IMG/VR virus record: IMGVR_UViG_3300045911_000143
Location: 1-64,000 of that record
Origin: a virus
DNA: 64,000 nt
Strand: one strand, 5' to 3'
Shown here: positions 31,143 to 40,465 of the stretch, one piece after another
How the letters are laid out: every line of letters starts with the position of its first letter
Numbering within the stretch: position 1 is the stretch's first letter
Translations under genes and position numbers: made by a program
Notes under the pieces: generated by a model
The model's database searches: none
What the model was told of the DNA's origin: nothing
Seen by the model: only the letters and a program-made list of their open reading frames with translations

Positions 31143-32000
31143 ATGAAAATTGATGACATTTTATATGAATCTGTAAGTTTCTTCGTTGACAGTAATACAG
31201 ATGATAAAAGCGAGAACTACAAAGACTTATTATCGCTGGCAAACTTCATGTCGAATCAGTTGTTTTATAACCATATAAAACCTGACACATTTTTTTATAA
31301 ATTCTTACAAAGCAAAAAAGATGAAGATGGGCGTGTACGCTGGTGGCGAATGGAACCAGACGGTGACGATCATTTTGAAAAAACCGGCACAATAAACCTG
31401 TATCTGCCAAATGGTTTCATAAACGATAAATGGTGGCCCACATTCAAGAAACATCTATACGACATGATCCAAAGTTTAGATGAGCGAGTCACTGTTGGTA
31501 AAATAAAAATAGAAGGACACTGGAACAATCGTTCCAATTGGTCAGAAAAAAACTCTTGGGAAAATAGAAAAAGATTGCCTTATAACGAGGGAGAACCTGT
31601 TGCCAACATTGGAGTGATTAGAATTCCAATCTTAAAGAATGAAGTCACAGTAGAAGATAAACCAGAGATGACAATTGCAAATACAAATGTTGCTTCGCTA
31701 TTGAGAATTTTGGGATTGGATTCTAACACTCTAATGGGTACTATTAGAAATAAAGACATTCCAAAGTTATTGCTTCGAATTAAAAACATTTCAGAAGACA
31801 GGCTGAAGCAAGAGCAAAGGCCAACGACAAGCTCTCAGGAGGCTAGGATAGGCGATGTAGATGGTAGGCGAGGGATCATAAGAGGTCCAATGGTGATCGA
31901 CATGGGACTCGATGTAGATCGAATCAGGGGGTATTTAAACCGTTTGCAAGAGATATTGATTTACGCTCATAAAAATGGAAAAGATGTCAGCTACAATTAA
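31143..32000 (+). CDS. Late hypothetical protein, probable internal head protein
   Basis: AATAAATA upstream; leader MKIDDILYE/S. Confidence 0.7.
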   Translation: MKIDDILYESVSFFVDSNTDDKSENYKDLLSLANFMSNQLFYNHIKPDTFFYKFLQSKKDEDGRVRWWRMEPDGDDHFEKTGTINLYLPNGFINDKWWPTFKKHLYDMIQSLDERVTVGKIKIEGHWNNRSNWSEKNSWENRKRLPYNEGEPVANIGVIRIPILKNEVTVEDKPEMTIANTNVASLLRILGLDSNTLMGTIRNKDIPKLLLRIKNISEDRLKQEQRPTTSSQEARIGDVDGRRGIIRGPMVIDMGLDVDRIRGYLNRLQEILIYAHKNGKDVSYN

Positions 32001-32066
32001 ATGCTATATCTATTGATTCAACTTTCATTCATTGATAAAATATAAACTACCAATAGGAAATAAATC

Positions 32067-32474
32067 ATGAAGTCCTTCAGAAACATGCGCCACAATGATT
32101 TTGTAATTTCAATCGCGGTTTTAATCGTATCAGCCATAATGCTCATTGGAACCCTATTTGTGAATGCAAAAATAAATGAATCATCACAACAAGTCTCACA
32201 TCAAACCAACCCTGAACATGTCGCCAAATGTTCCCTGCTCTACATAATGACAGGAGATGAAGCAGCGTCCCTGACAATATTATCCTTGCATGATGGCAAA
32301 GAAGAAGCTATTAGACATCTAGAATTTGAAGTAGGATTAATAACGCAAATAGAAACAAGACCCGATTTACTAAAAAGGGTAGTCAATTCTTATATCAAGT
32401 CTTGCAATATTATAGGTGAAAAATTACCCACGGTATTCATCGATCAAAAAAGACATAGTTATAAAAATCTTTAA
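32067..32474 (+). CDS. Membrane-anchored hypothetical protein
   Basis: N-terminal TM segment, AGGA SD. Confidence 0.7.
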   Translation: MKSFRNMRHNDFVISIAVLIVSAIMLIGTLFVNAKINESSQQVSHQTNPEHVAKCSLLYIMTGDEAASLTILSLHDGKEEAIRHLEFEVGLITQIETRPDLLKRVVNSYIKSCNIIGEKLPTVFIDQKRHSYKNL

Positions 32475-33075
32475 TCACCGCAAATCGTACCCATTAGCAA
32501 ATTCGTGATTCACATCTCGATGCTTCATCTCATCATTCCTAACTGCAATCACCACATCTCTCAAGGTTGCAGATGCATCAAGATTCCAATACTTAATGGC
32601 AATCAAAGGTGCAGGAGTATTAGGAATAGAACCAGAATCAATCTCTTTTAAAAACTCCGTATAGCTATAAACTGCCTCTTCCTCAAAGTACCCAACAATT
32701 CTATGTGCAGTCTTAGGAGCAATAATGTATATAATAAGGTAAACATGCCAGAATATACCTTGAGCCAATAGTACCAATAACCTCTCAAACCACGTAGGCT
32801 TTGCAATCTCTATGAAAGTCATCAAGTGCATTCTTTCATTCTCAGCCTCATCCAACAGAGTATGGATTATAGGACCATAGCCTGTTTTCATCTGTCTAAG
32901 ACTCTTAAGATGAATCCACATACCAGCAACCATCCCCGGAACCGCTGCTACAGTTTCCAAAACAACTGCTCTATGACCATATCTCTTTTTAAAGAATGTA
33001 TCAGCAAGGAAACGTAAAGATTTGGTAAAGAGTTTTGCAAACTTATCAGAAAGAGTAATAGGGGGTGTGTGTCAT
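32475..33075 (-). CDS. aox: Alternative oxidase (di-iron ubiquinol oxidase), frameshifted near its 5' end
   Basis: [46 protein letters not shown]. The open frame reaches 33071; the ATG at 33075 is one base out of frame across the ACACACACCCCC tract. Confidence 0.92.
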
Positions 33076-33275
33076 ATGAATAAGAATTTTCAAGTCTATT
33101 TATGGGGTGTTACCAAAAATTTCCTAGGCCGAAAAAATTTTCTGGGAAAAATTTTTTGAGGTTTGAAATTTCAAAAATATTCGAAAAATGGCTGTGGAAA
33201 TATCGGCAAACTTGTTTTTAAGATTCAGGAATGTGGTAATACCGTGATATAATATTGTAAGAGGTTTAACAAAAT

Positions 33276-33365
33276 TTGTAAGGAATATTGTAAGGAATAT
33301 TGTAAGGAATATTGTAAGGAATATTGTAAGGAATATTGTAAGGAATATTGTAAGGAATATTGTAA
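33276..33365. repeat. Tandem array 7 x TTGTAAGGAATA flanked by TTTAACAAAATTTGTAA direct repeats
   Basis: Seven perfect 12-mers counted directly in a non-coding AT-rich region. Confidence 0.95.
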
Positions 33366-33542
33366 AAAGGTTTTAACAAAATTTGTAATTTATATTGTTT
33401 TCGGTCGAGCAACCCCCATACCCTCTATTTTATCACGAAAAAAAAGTAAGTCAATATTTTCCCAAACTTGTTTTTTGCTTTTACGATTGTACTACATAGT
33501 ATCCCCTACAGTATAACATAGCGTTATACTGTAGATCAAGCC

Positions 33543-33719
33543 TTACTCATAGTCCAACTGAATGGTATTATCGGAGTCGCAATAATTAACTGAGGTTATC
33601 GCCGTCCATCCACCCAACGGGGGATAAGGATTTTCATCAGGATCATACACTTGAAAAACTTGAACTTCGGCGTCACTCGGCAACTTTTGCAATTTGGCAA
33701 TTAATTCTGCCACCTTCAT
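33543..33719 (-). CDS. Small hypothetical protein (MKVAELIAKLQKLP...)
   Basis: GGAG SD; common phage small-protein N-terminus. Confidence 0.7.
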   Translation of the reverse strand: MKVAELIAKLQKLPSDAEVQVFQVYDPDENPYPPLGGWTAITSVNYCDSDNTIQLDYE

Positions 33720-33942
33720 TTTATTCTCCCTTGATGATTGCTGGAACAAATTGAACCAGCAATTTGATACTACACCAAACGAGGCCAATGATGCAAGCAG
33801 CCTGCGCAAACGGGAGAATGATTACGGAATACCAGAATGATTCAGTCATGCTACTATCTCGTAATCATTCTCATCTTCATGATGGGAAACCCTTGACAAT
33901 AGTATTGCATATTGGCATACCGTTGTCAAGGGTTATATTACA

Positions 33943-34143
33943 TTAACCGGTGGTCACTGCACTTCCACGGATAAGGCCACCGAAGCCAGCCTTTTCCATC
34001 GCTTCGTTCCACTGGTGCCCGGAGAGTCGCACCACGTGATCCATCTTACCATTGAGGCGAGGCGTGGTGACATTCGGAAGATTGACAAATATGGACTTGC
34101 GGCGACCTTCGACCATGAAGGAAATCAGCGTCAGTTTGTTCAT
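33943..34143 (-). CDS. Small hypothetical protein (MNKLTLISF...)
   Basis: GGAG SD, own promoter. Confidence 0.65.
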   Translation of the reverse strand: MNKLTLISFMVEGRRKSIFVNLPNVTTPRLNGKMDHVVRLSGHQWNEAMEKAGFGGLIRGSAVTTG

Positions 34144-34211
34144 TGTCTTTCTCCGGTGAGTGGTGGCGAGTGACAACAGTATCGCATATTGGGATACTGT
34201 TGTCAAGGTTC

Positions 34212-34409
34212 TTAGTAATAGTCCTCGGAGTAATAGTCCTCGCGGTAAGGCTTCCTGATGAAGAATCCCATACTGCGGGCACGGTAGATAATCATGCTGG
34301 CCACAACAATCGCCACGGTTGCCGACAGCCACAGCGGGGCAAAGTATGCCACAACCCAAACAGTCAGCACGTCGAGGGACAGCAGAATGGCGGCGGTAAG
34401 GTTGCTCAT
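34212..34409 (-). CDS. Small membrane protein (MSNLTAA...)
   Basis: GGGAG SD, 2 TM segments, own promoter. Confidence 0.65.
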   Translation of the reverse strand: MSNLTAAILLSLDVLTVWVVAYFAPLWLSATVAIVVASMIIYRARSMGFFIRKPYREDYYSEDYY

Positions 34410-34474
34410 GTTTTTCTCCCGTCGGTTGACCAGTGACAACAGTATCGCATGATGCGTTACTGTTGTCAAGGGTT

Positions 34475-34684
34475 TTAGTAAGTATCTCGGTTATATACCG
34501 CTTCGTCGAATCTCGCAGATTCAAAGAAACGCCATTCCTGTTCGGCCTTTTCTCCCGTGAAGATTTTCTTGGTGCGAGGATAGTAAAGGATCATGGTGCC
34601 AGCGTTGAAGGGGTTGCCGTAAAAGTCCCGACCAGCATACTTGGCCTTGATCCAGCGGGGGTCATCACGGTAGGAAGTCGCCAT
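34475..34684 (-). CDS. Small hypothetical protein
   Basis: GGAG SD; TTGACT..TATAAT promoter upstream. Confidence 0.7.
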   Translation of the reverse strand: MATSYRDDPRWIKAKYAGRDFYGNPFNAGTMILYYPRTKKIFTGEKAEQEWRFFESARFDEAVYNRDTY

Positions 34685-34950
34685 TGGTCATATCTCCACT
34701 TGGTGAAAGCATTATACTACAGCGGATGGTACGAGTCAAGAAAAATATTCTATTGCATTGTATTCCATTCTATGATAAAATGGGATGGTAGGACGGGGAT
34801 GGTGACAATATCCCCCTGTACCACACTTCCACTCCAATCTCCAAGATTGGAGAATCGCAGTCTGCAACACTGGAGGACAATGTTGCAGACTGTAGATTCT
34901 GAATCAGGCACTCGGGGCTGTCAACCCCTGTTCCCTTTCCTTCATTTCGA

Positions 34951-35226
34951 TTAGACAACGGTGGGGGAGAATCTAGTCTTGCGTCGGATGCTGGAATATC
35001 TGTTGCAGTTGCTTTCCTTGATATGGGGCCTTGCCTTTTCGTAGGTTCCCCATTTCGTTAAGATGAAAGTGTCGGCGTCCACATCCTCCTCCAGATAAGC
35101 ATACTTCCCATCCTTTGACATATAGGAATAGAAAGTAATCTTATCCATGATGCCAAGGTCACGGAGTTCCTGCATCTTGACACGGAGCCAGCCATGACCG
35201 GGATCGCTGTAGAAAATGTATTGCAT
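34951..35226 (-). CDS. Conserved phage hypothetical protein
   Basis: YSDPGHGWLRV...YLEEDVD motif; AGGAGG SD. Confidence 0.8.
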   Translation of the reverse strand: MQYIFYSDPGHGWLRVKMQELRDLGIMDKITFYSYMSKDGKYAYLEEDVDADTFILTKWGTYEKARPHIKESNCNRYSSIRRKTRFSPTVV

Positions 35227-35280
35227 GTGACTTCCTCCTAACGAGGATGTATTATATCACGAATGTATTACAAGTCAAGC

Positions 35281-35481
35281 CTACCAGCGGCTTTGATTCC
35301 TAGGGATCAAGCCAAAGACAACAAGTAGGGTTACAAAGGCACCGATCAGGATGATTAGGATTGTGCTTACAATCCACGGAAGCCAGAGCGGCGACAGAAT
35401 CCAAACCCACGACCAAGTGACAACGCCGGCCAGTTTCAGGACGATGAAGATTGTGGTTAGTATGATGTAAAATCGTACCAT
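35281..35481 (-). CDS. Small membrane protein
   Basis: IFIVLKLAGVVTWSWVWILSPLW, a widespread phage TM family. Confidence 0.8.
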   Translation of the reverse strand: MVRFYIILTTIFIVLKLAGVVTWSWVWILSPLWLPWIVSTILIILIGAFVTLLVVFGLIPRNQSRW

Positions 35482-35482
35482 G

Positions 35483-35854
35483 CTACATTCCTAGTTGTCT
35501 TGACAGAATCGTCACGGCGTCATCAACATCCTGCTTTGTATAAGGCTTGAGTTCGCCTCGCATCACTTGCTCGTCAATCCATTCACCATCGACTTCCCAG
35601 ACTTCACTATTGTCCAGACTGTCCCCGAAATGATCGAGATGACCAGTTGCATCAATCCATTCGCCGCTAGGCTTACGGACAGCCAGATGATTCACGTGGA
35701 AGTCATCATCACTTTCTGCGTCATCATTGAAGAAAACGTCCGCCACGATGGTTCCGCCATAGAGTTTCTGGAGGGCAATTGAAGCAACATGGCACCAGCC
35801 ATTGGTGTAGGCTTTGACGGCGAGACGATTCAGGGCTGCTTCGACATTGTTCAT
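35483..35854 (-). CDS. Putative papain/transglutaminase-like Cys-His-Asp protein
   Basis: YTNGWCHVASIAL...NHLAV...WIDATG; likely start MNNVE after a promoter. Confidence 0.55.
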   Translation of the reverse strand: MNNVEAALNRLAVKAYTNGWCHVASIALQKLYGGTIVADVFFNDDAESDDDFHVNHLAVRKPSGEWIDATGHLDHFGDSLDNSEVWEVDGEWIDEQVMRGELKPYTKQDVDDAVTILSRQLGM

Positions 35855-35903
35855 GAAATAGATTATACCACGGTTTTTAGAGTTTGTAAATGAGTGAGAG
35901 AGT

Positions 35904-36323
35904 TTAGGGTTGAACGCTTGGAGGACTGCCATAATTAGGGCAACCTCGTTCTGCATCAACATCCGTGGCGTGGCAGGCGCAGGTTATGCTCTCGAAAGAA
36001 TCACTGAGAAGATCAGTGTCGATGGTATAGATTACTGTCGTGCCGTTGACAGCACCACGAGAATCAAACTTGAAAGAAAGTACCAGTTCCGCCTCCCTAT
36101 CCTTGGTATGGACCCCATTCTGGCGGGACAGGAAATACACTACACCGGGTCCGGGGTTCTGGGTGCCTGTGTTGATATGCAGCGGCACCGTAGGATCGCC
36201 AGAATATGCACATTCATAAACAACATTTACGGGCATATTCGGGTTTTGCAGCAAGCAAAGTTGCTGTCCATCAGGATCAATGATGCAGAAGTTTGTCACG
36301 ATCATCAAGATGGCGTAGAGCAT
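35904..36323 (-). CDS. Putative secreted Cys-containing protein
   Basis: GAGG SD before MLYAILM; hydrophobic N-terminus; DLLSDSFE motif. Confidence 0.55.
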   Translation of the reverse strand: MLYAILMIVTNFCIIDPDGQQLCLLQNPNMPVNVVYECAYSGDPTVPLHINTGTQNPGPGVVYFLSRQNGVHTKDREAELVLSFKFDSRGAVNGTTVIYTIDTDLLSDSFESITCACHATDVDAERGCPNYGSPPSVQP

Positions 36324-36487
36324 AATTTTTTCCTCTTGGACGAATATTATACCACATGATATGGCAGTAGTAAAGTCAAATATTTTGTGCAGTGGAGTAC
36401 CTCCGTCCGACCATCCCATTTTATCATATAATGGAATAGAATGCAAGAAAAAGGCGGTAGAAACCGCCCTTAAATGAATCCGCGATT

Positions 36488-36562
36488 TGGTGCCGCCTGA
36501 GCGACTTGCGCGCTCCTGATCTGCTTACAAGGCAGTTGCCTCGCTATCTAGGCTTAGGCGGC
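36488..36562 (-). tRNA. tRNA-Thr(TGT) with atypical T-loop
   Basis: GCCGCCT/AGGCGGC-A-CCA; CTGC-CTTGTAA-GCAG; T arm GAGCG-CGCAAGT-CGCTC. Confidence 0.8.
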
Positions 36563-36674
36563 TTTAATCGTAATGATCCAGCAAAATCCAGCATCCTGCA
36601 ACGAGGATTGCTGCCACAGTGATCCAGAACATTCGGGAGATTCGATGCATTGGATTCAATCTTGAGTTAAGGGA

Positions 36675-36808
36675 ATGGTGGCGGAAACGTATTAGCGCCT
36701 TATTGATTCTCTTAGCCGGTCATCGACCAAAGGTTTCCGGCGCTAATCGGAAATCCTTTGCTGACCCATCCTAGCCATCCGCCTCAAGTGCGTTAGCAGG
36801 ACCACCAT
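36675..36808 (-). ncRNA. Novel pseudoknotted small RNA, copy 1
   Basis: TTGCAA-N17-TATAAT promoter; 41 nt identical to 41427-41467; closing stem ATGGTGG/CCACCAT. Confidence 0.7.
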
Positions 36809-36861
36809 ATGAAGCATTATACTACCATTGGATCAGGATTGCAAGGACTTTACTATCTGGA

Positions 36862-37086
36862 TTAGTAATCGTCCCCGAAGTATCCATAATCTTCATCGGT
36901 TCCCATCCCAGCAGATGCCAGCGCCCAGCCGTCATCGGAATCATCGCAGTCGATTTCAGGCTCCTCATCAGGGTCTTCATAGGCCAGCATGGGATCGAAA
37001 ACTTCCCGGCAATCCATGCAAGTCCAATTGTCATCGTGCGTTTCCTGAGTGTTGAGGGAACCGCAGGCGGGGCAATGATAGTTCAT
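36862..37086 (-). CDS. Small Zn-ribbon protein with acidic tail
   Basis: CPAC...CMDC; DDGWALASAGMGTDEDYG. Confidence 0.75.
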   Translation of the reverse strand: MNYHCPACGSLNTQETHDDNWTCMDCREVFDPMLAYEDPDEEPEIDCDDSDDGWALASAGMGTDEDYGYFGDDY

Positions 37087-37188
37087 TTGGGGTTCTCCGG
37101 TTGAGGAAAACATTATACTATGTTTGGTTGCAGGGTGCAAGCGATTACCTTGCTTTCCACCCTGCGCCTTCCACGAAAAGCGATTATC

Positions 37189-37865
37189 TTACTGATGCGA
37201 GATTTTTGCAATTCGCATCAAGTAGTTAGCCGCGTTGATGATGTATTCTTCATTCGTGATTGCGCGCTGCCAATACCATTGCTGGCGGGCCACGTATTCC
37301 CCCTTTCTTTCGTAAGGCATACGCTTTTCCCTTGCCTTCTCCCGATAGTGAAGAATACGCTTGGCGAAAACTTCGAGGATTTCAGGATTCATAGTATCAT
37401 GCCTTATACTTTTTCACCAGTCCAGCCAAATTTTCTTCTGCCCCTTCAAGGCTTGTACGTTGCGAGCATGGCCGCCATTTGGTCTTAAAAGTGGGGCAAA
37501 TGGCGGTATCAAAATTGTTGTAACAGAATGTTTCCAGCACAATATGCGAATCATCCTCAAGCCGGACGATTGCATATTTCTTTTCTGCGCTGACCGTTAC
37601 AACCCTGATCGCTTGCACTAACATTCTCCTGATCGATTATGCTGCTATTGTATCAGCCTTCCGCCCCAAGTTCAGCATAGGCAAGACTGATCGCAGCCGA
37701 ATCTGATTCGGTGTAAAAAAGTTCCGGCCACGACTTGTCGGGGTTGCCGTGGCGGTTCCAAATGAATTGGCCCAACCGCAGATGGGTGCCCTTGCGCGCA
37801 CCAACCTTGAAATACTCGTTAATCGTGGCGCTGAGGGTTTCGATGTTGCAGTTCAGGCGATCCAT
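37189..37865 (-). CDS. Three small hypothetical ORFs (37189-37392, 37397-37624, 37653-37865)
   Basis: SD sequences (AGGAG, GGGAG) and promoters; LRLGQ motif in the last ORF. Confidence 0.65.
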
Positions 37866-37930
37866 AGTGTTCTCCCTTGATATGGATTGTATTATATCAC
37901 AAAATGGATACCAGTCAACCCCCTTGATAG

Positions 37931-37966
37931 AAAAAGGGCCGCCAGTTTTTTGGCGGCCCTTTTTTG
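37931..37966. terminator. Bidirectional intrinsic terminator
   Basis: aaaaagggccgcca-gtttt-ttggcggccctttttt. Confidence 0.85.
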
Positions 37967-38206
37967 TCAGATCAGCCCTTCCCTTTTGGCCTTACTCACA
38001 TATACCGCCGCGCTGGATTTCTTAATCCCAGACGCCACGACAGCATCCACGCGAGCCTTGTTCTCCGCATCGGCGGGGAGGGCCTTCAGAATCGCAACTG
38101 CGCGGTCATATGCGGTTTCGGCCAACTTGGGCCGTCCACGGCCACGCTTGGCTTGGATCACAGGGGCAGTGTTCTCGGGGTTTGTGACTTCGGTGTTATC
38201 ATTCAT
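37967..38206 (-). CDS. AT-hook DNA-binding protein
   Basis: KRGRGRPK motif; paralog of the 46333 C-terminus. Confidence 0.75.
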   Translation of the reverse strand: MNDNTEVTNPENTAPVIQAKRGRGRPKLAETAYDRAVAILKALPADAENKARVDAVVASGIKKSSAAVYVSKAKREGLI

Positions 38207-38535
38207 GTTTCAGTTCCTATTTTGGTGGTGGAGGCTGTATTATACAACGATTAGATTAGACTTTCAAGCACCCCGTTGACGCATTCCAGTGACCGGGGTG
38301 GTGCAGGACCATTTGTTTTCAAGTGAGACTTACTATAGCACGCATCTTCTATCAAATACAAGTATTGTAATGTAAGATATTTCGTGCTAAAATGGGATGG
38401 TGGACGGGGATGGTATAAAAGAGAAAAAGGCGGGTGCCCTAGGACACCCGCCTTGTCTTGTCACCAGCCACCACGGCTGGTTTCTCGCTTCGCCCTCTCA
38501 AGGTGTAACTATTATCTCACAAATGGGGGAGGGTG

Positions 38536-39402
38536 TCAACCCTCCCCTTCCCCCGCGTCAGGCTTGCGGTTCAGGATGTAGTCTGCCGCCTTTTGCGCCC
38601 TTGCCGCTGCGGTGGCGAACAAATGCGGATCGCTTCGCAGCGCGCGGGACCATCCGTCAAGGTACGCCGCAGTATTCTCAATCACCTTGGGGGCAATCCC
38701 GGCTTCGGCACTCAGGAAACATGCTGCCAGTTCCGCCACAAGTTCCTCGCGGCTGTATTCGTGGGAACCGAAATAGGAAGGCTGATCGATTTCTTTTCGG
38801 TTCAAGCGAGACTTGTGGCCGGTGCTATGGGCAAGTTCATGGAACAGAGTAGCATAGAAACTTTCCGCAGAATCGAAAGTCTCACGATGCGGTATATTGA
38901 TTTTGTCAATCGTTGGGATGTAACATGCACGCTCCCCGCCGTAGCGGATTTCGGGGCGGTTCGGCATACCATTGACAATGGCCTCACATGCGTCCAGAAC
39001 CGGGACAGCCTCGCGGGCCTCATGGGGCGGAAGTTCGATCCCGTCAACTTGCGCAATGTTGTAAACGAGGAAAAATCTGAAAATGGGGAAGGTTGATTCC
39101 TCGCCACTTTCATCGGTACGCTTCACCCAGTTCCAAAAATAGACCGGAGTATGCGCCTTTTCCTCGCCAGCCTTGATTGTTCCCCCGGCAGCCTTGATCT
39201 GATTGTAGGTCAGCCAGACCGATTCGGGATAACCCTTCATGACTTGTACCATGTTAAGCATGAAGGTGTTGATTCCCCGGTAGGTCCGTCCGCTGATGTT
39301 ACGCGGGGGGTCCGATGCCTTCCACGGCTTCAACCACGGGGCCGTACCATTTTCGATCATCTTAAGAATCTGATCGGTCAGAATCTGATAGACTTTCGAC
39401 AT
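38536..39402 (-). CDS. ardC: ArdC-like antirestriction protein (ssDNA-binding domain plus zincin-like metallopeptidase domain)
   Basis: PWLKPW, YRGIN, WLTYNQ, VYNIAQ, FHELAHSTGH..RLNR, YSREELVAEL. Confidence 0.92.
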   Translation of the reverse strand: MSKVYQILTDQILKMIENGTAPWLKPWKASDPPRNISGRTYRGINTFMLNMVQVMKGYPESVWLTYNQIKAAGGTIKAGEEKAHTPVYFWNWVKRTDESGEESTFPIFRFFLVYNIAQVDGIELPPHEAREAVPVLDACEAIVNGMPNRPEIRYGGERACYIPTIDKINIPHRETFDSAESFYATLFHELAHSTGHKSRLNRKEIDQPSYFGSHEYSREELVAELAACFLSAEAGIAPKVIENTAAYLDGWSRALRSDPHLFATAAARAQKAADYILNRKPDAGEGEG

Positions 39403-39756
39403 AGCGTCGTCTCCGTTGATGGTGAAATCATTATCCGATATTAGCCTTTGGTTGTCAAGTGTCAATCGGCTATTTTTTGATCGTTTAAAGGCTTGACTAT
39501 CAGATTGGATGATGTATAATGCTTTACATGGTTAGGGCGGTAACGACAGCCCCGATCACAGCCCCGAAACGGGAACTTTGGCAACCTAGATTAATTGAGG
39601 GTAGGATGGTTTACCCCCGCGACGGCCCGTAAGAAAAATTGATGGTTGTAAACCAAACGAGCAAAAAATCCAGACCAAAGTTATGGTCTGGATTTTTTAA
39701 TTTACAGCATCCCGTCCGACCATCCCATTTTATCATATAATGGAATAGAATGCAAC

Positions 39757-39785
39757 AAAAAAGGGAGGCTTTTGCCTCCCTTTTG
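39757..39785. terminator. Bidirectional intrinsic terminator
   Basis: aaaaaagggaggc-tttt-gcctccctttt. Confidence 0.8.
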
Positions 39786-39959
39786 AGTTTGTTAGAATCC
39801 TTCCCCGTAAACGAACGCATCCTGATCCGCTGCACGCTCGGCGGCCAACCGATCCAGCCATTCGTGGTAGGCAATGTCGGATTCTAACATTTCAAGTTCT
39901 TCGTCGTTCATGGCTTCCTCCAGTTGGTGAAATCATTATATTACATCAACGCAGTTGAG

Positions 39960-40346
39960 TCAAGCGAAAACTTCGGAAATTTTCTGACGCCATTTTAGTT
40001 TTGCAGATTCTTTCACGAAAGCAATTTGCGTGCCGGACACCCCCATTTTCCAACACTCAACACCATCGTTATTTGCAGGGCCGAGATTGTAACAGGAAAC
40101 CAAGAAACCGGCTTCATGAAGGTGAAGGTCTAAGTATAGGGGGAACCACTGGCGCAGTTTTCTGACTGAAGGTGCGCCATAATACACTGTTCCGGGGTGT
40201 TGTCCCTTTAGTTTGTGGATGCCATCATTATATGGTGATGGATAACTTTCCCCAATGATTTCTCGGATAAGATCAGCCTGTCCGTCCCATTCATCGCAAC
40301 GGAATGGTCCCAAACCTTTCTCGTTTTCAACTCTATAGGCCAGCAT
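39960..40346 (-). CDS. Conserved phage hypothetical protein
   Basis: YRVENEKGLGPF...LRQWF...AGF pattern. Confidence 0.75.
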   Translation of the reverse strand: MLAYRVENEKGLGPFRCDEWDGQADLIREIIGESYPSPYNDGIHKLKGQHPGTVYYGAPSVRKLRQWFPLYLDLHLHEAGFLVSCYNLGPANNDGVECWKMGVSGTQIAFVKESAKLKWRQKISEVFA

Positions 40347-40465
40347 TGTAGTATCATACCATATATTATTTTATTTCTCAAGTGTTGTATTCTATTCCAT
40401 TCTATGATAAAATGGGATGGTCGGACGGGGTTGGTAATAAGTGATTAAAACCTCCCTATATCTTT

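Larger units (their letters stand above)
33506..34472 (-). promoter_or_regulatory. Four palindrome-embedded sigma70 promoters (33506-33539, 33888-33934, 34171-34208, 34434-34472)
   Basis: For example TTGACA-ACAGTATCCCAATATGC-GATACT-GTTGTCA, with a perfect GACAACAGTATC/GATACTGTTGTC inverted repeat. Confidence 0.75.

Noticed and set aside
33276-33365. Possible CRISPR array
   Set aside because: Head-to-tail 12-mers with no spacers, and no cas genes in the window.
34171-34208. LexA/SOS box
   Set aside because: Half-sites are in ACAG...CTGT orientation with the wrong spacing, not CTGT-N8-ACAG.
36675-36808. Retron msr-msd or tmRNA
   Set aside because: No adjacent RT, no long msd hairpin, no T-arm or tag ORF; too short for tmRNA.
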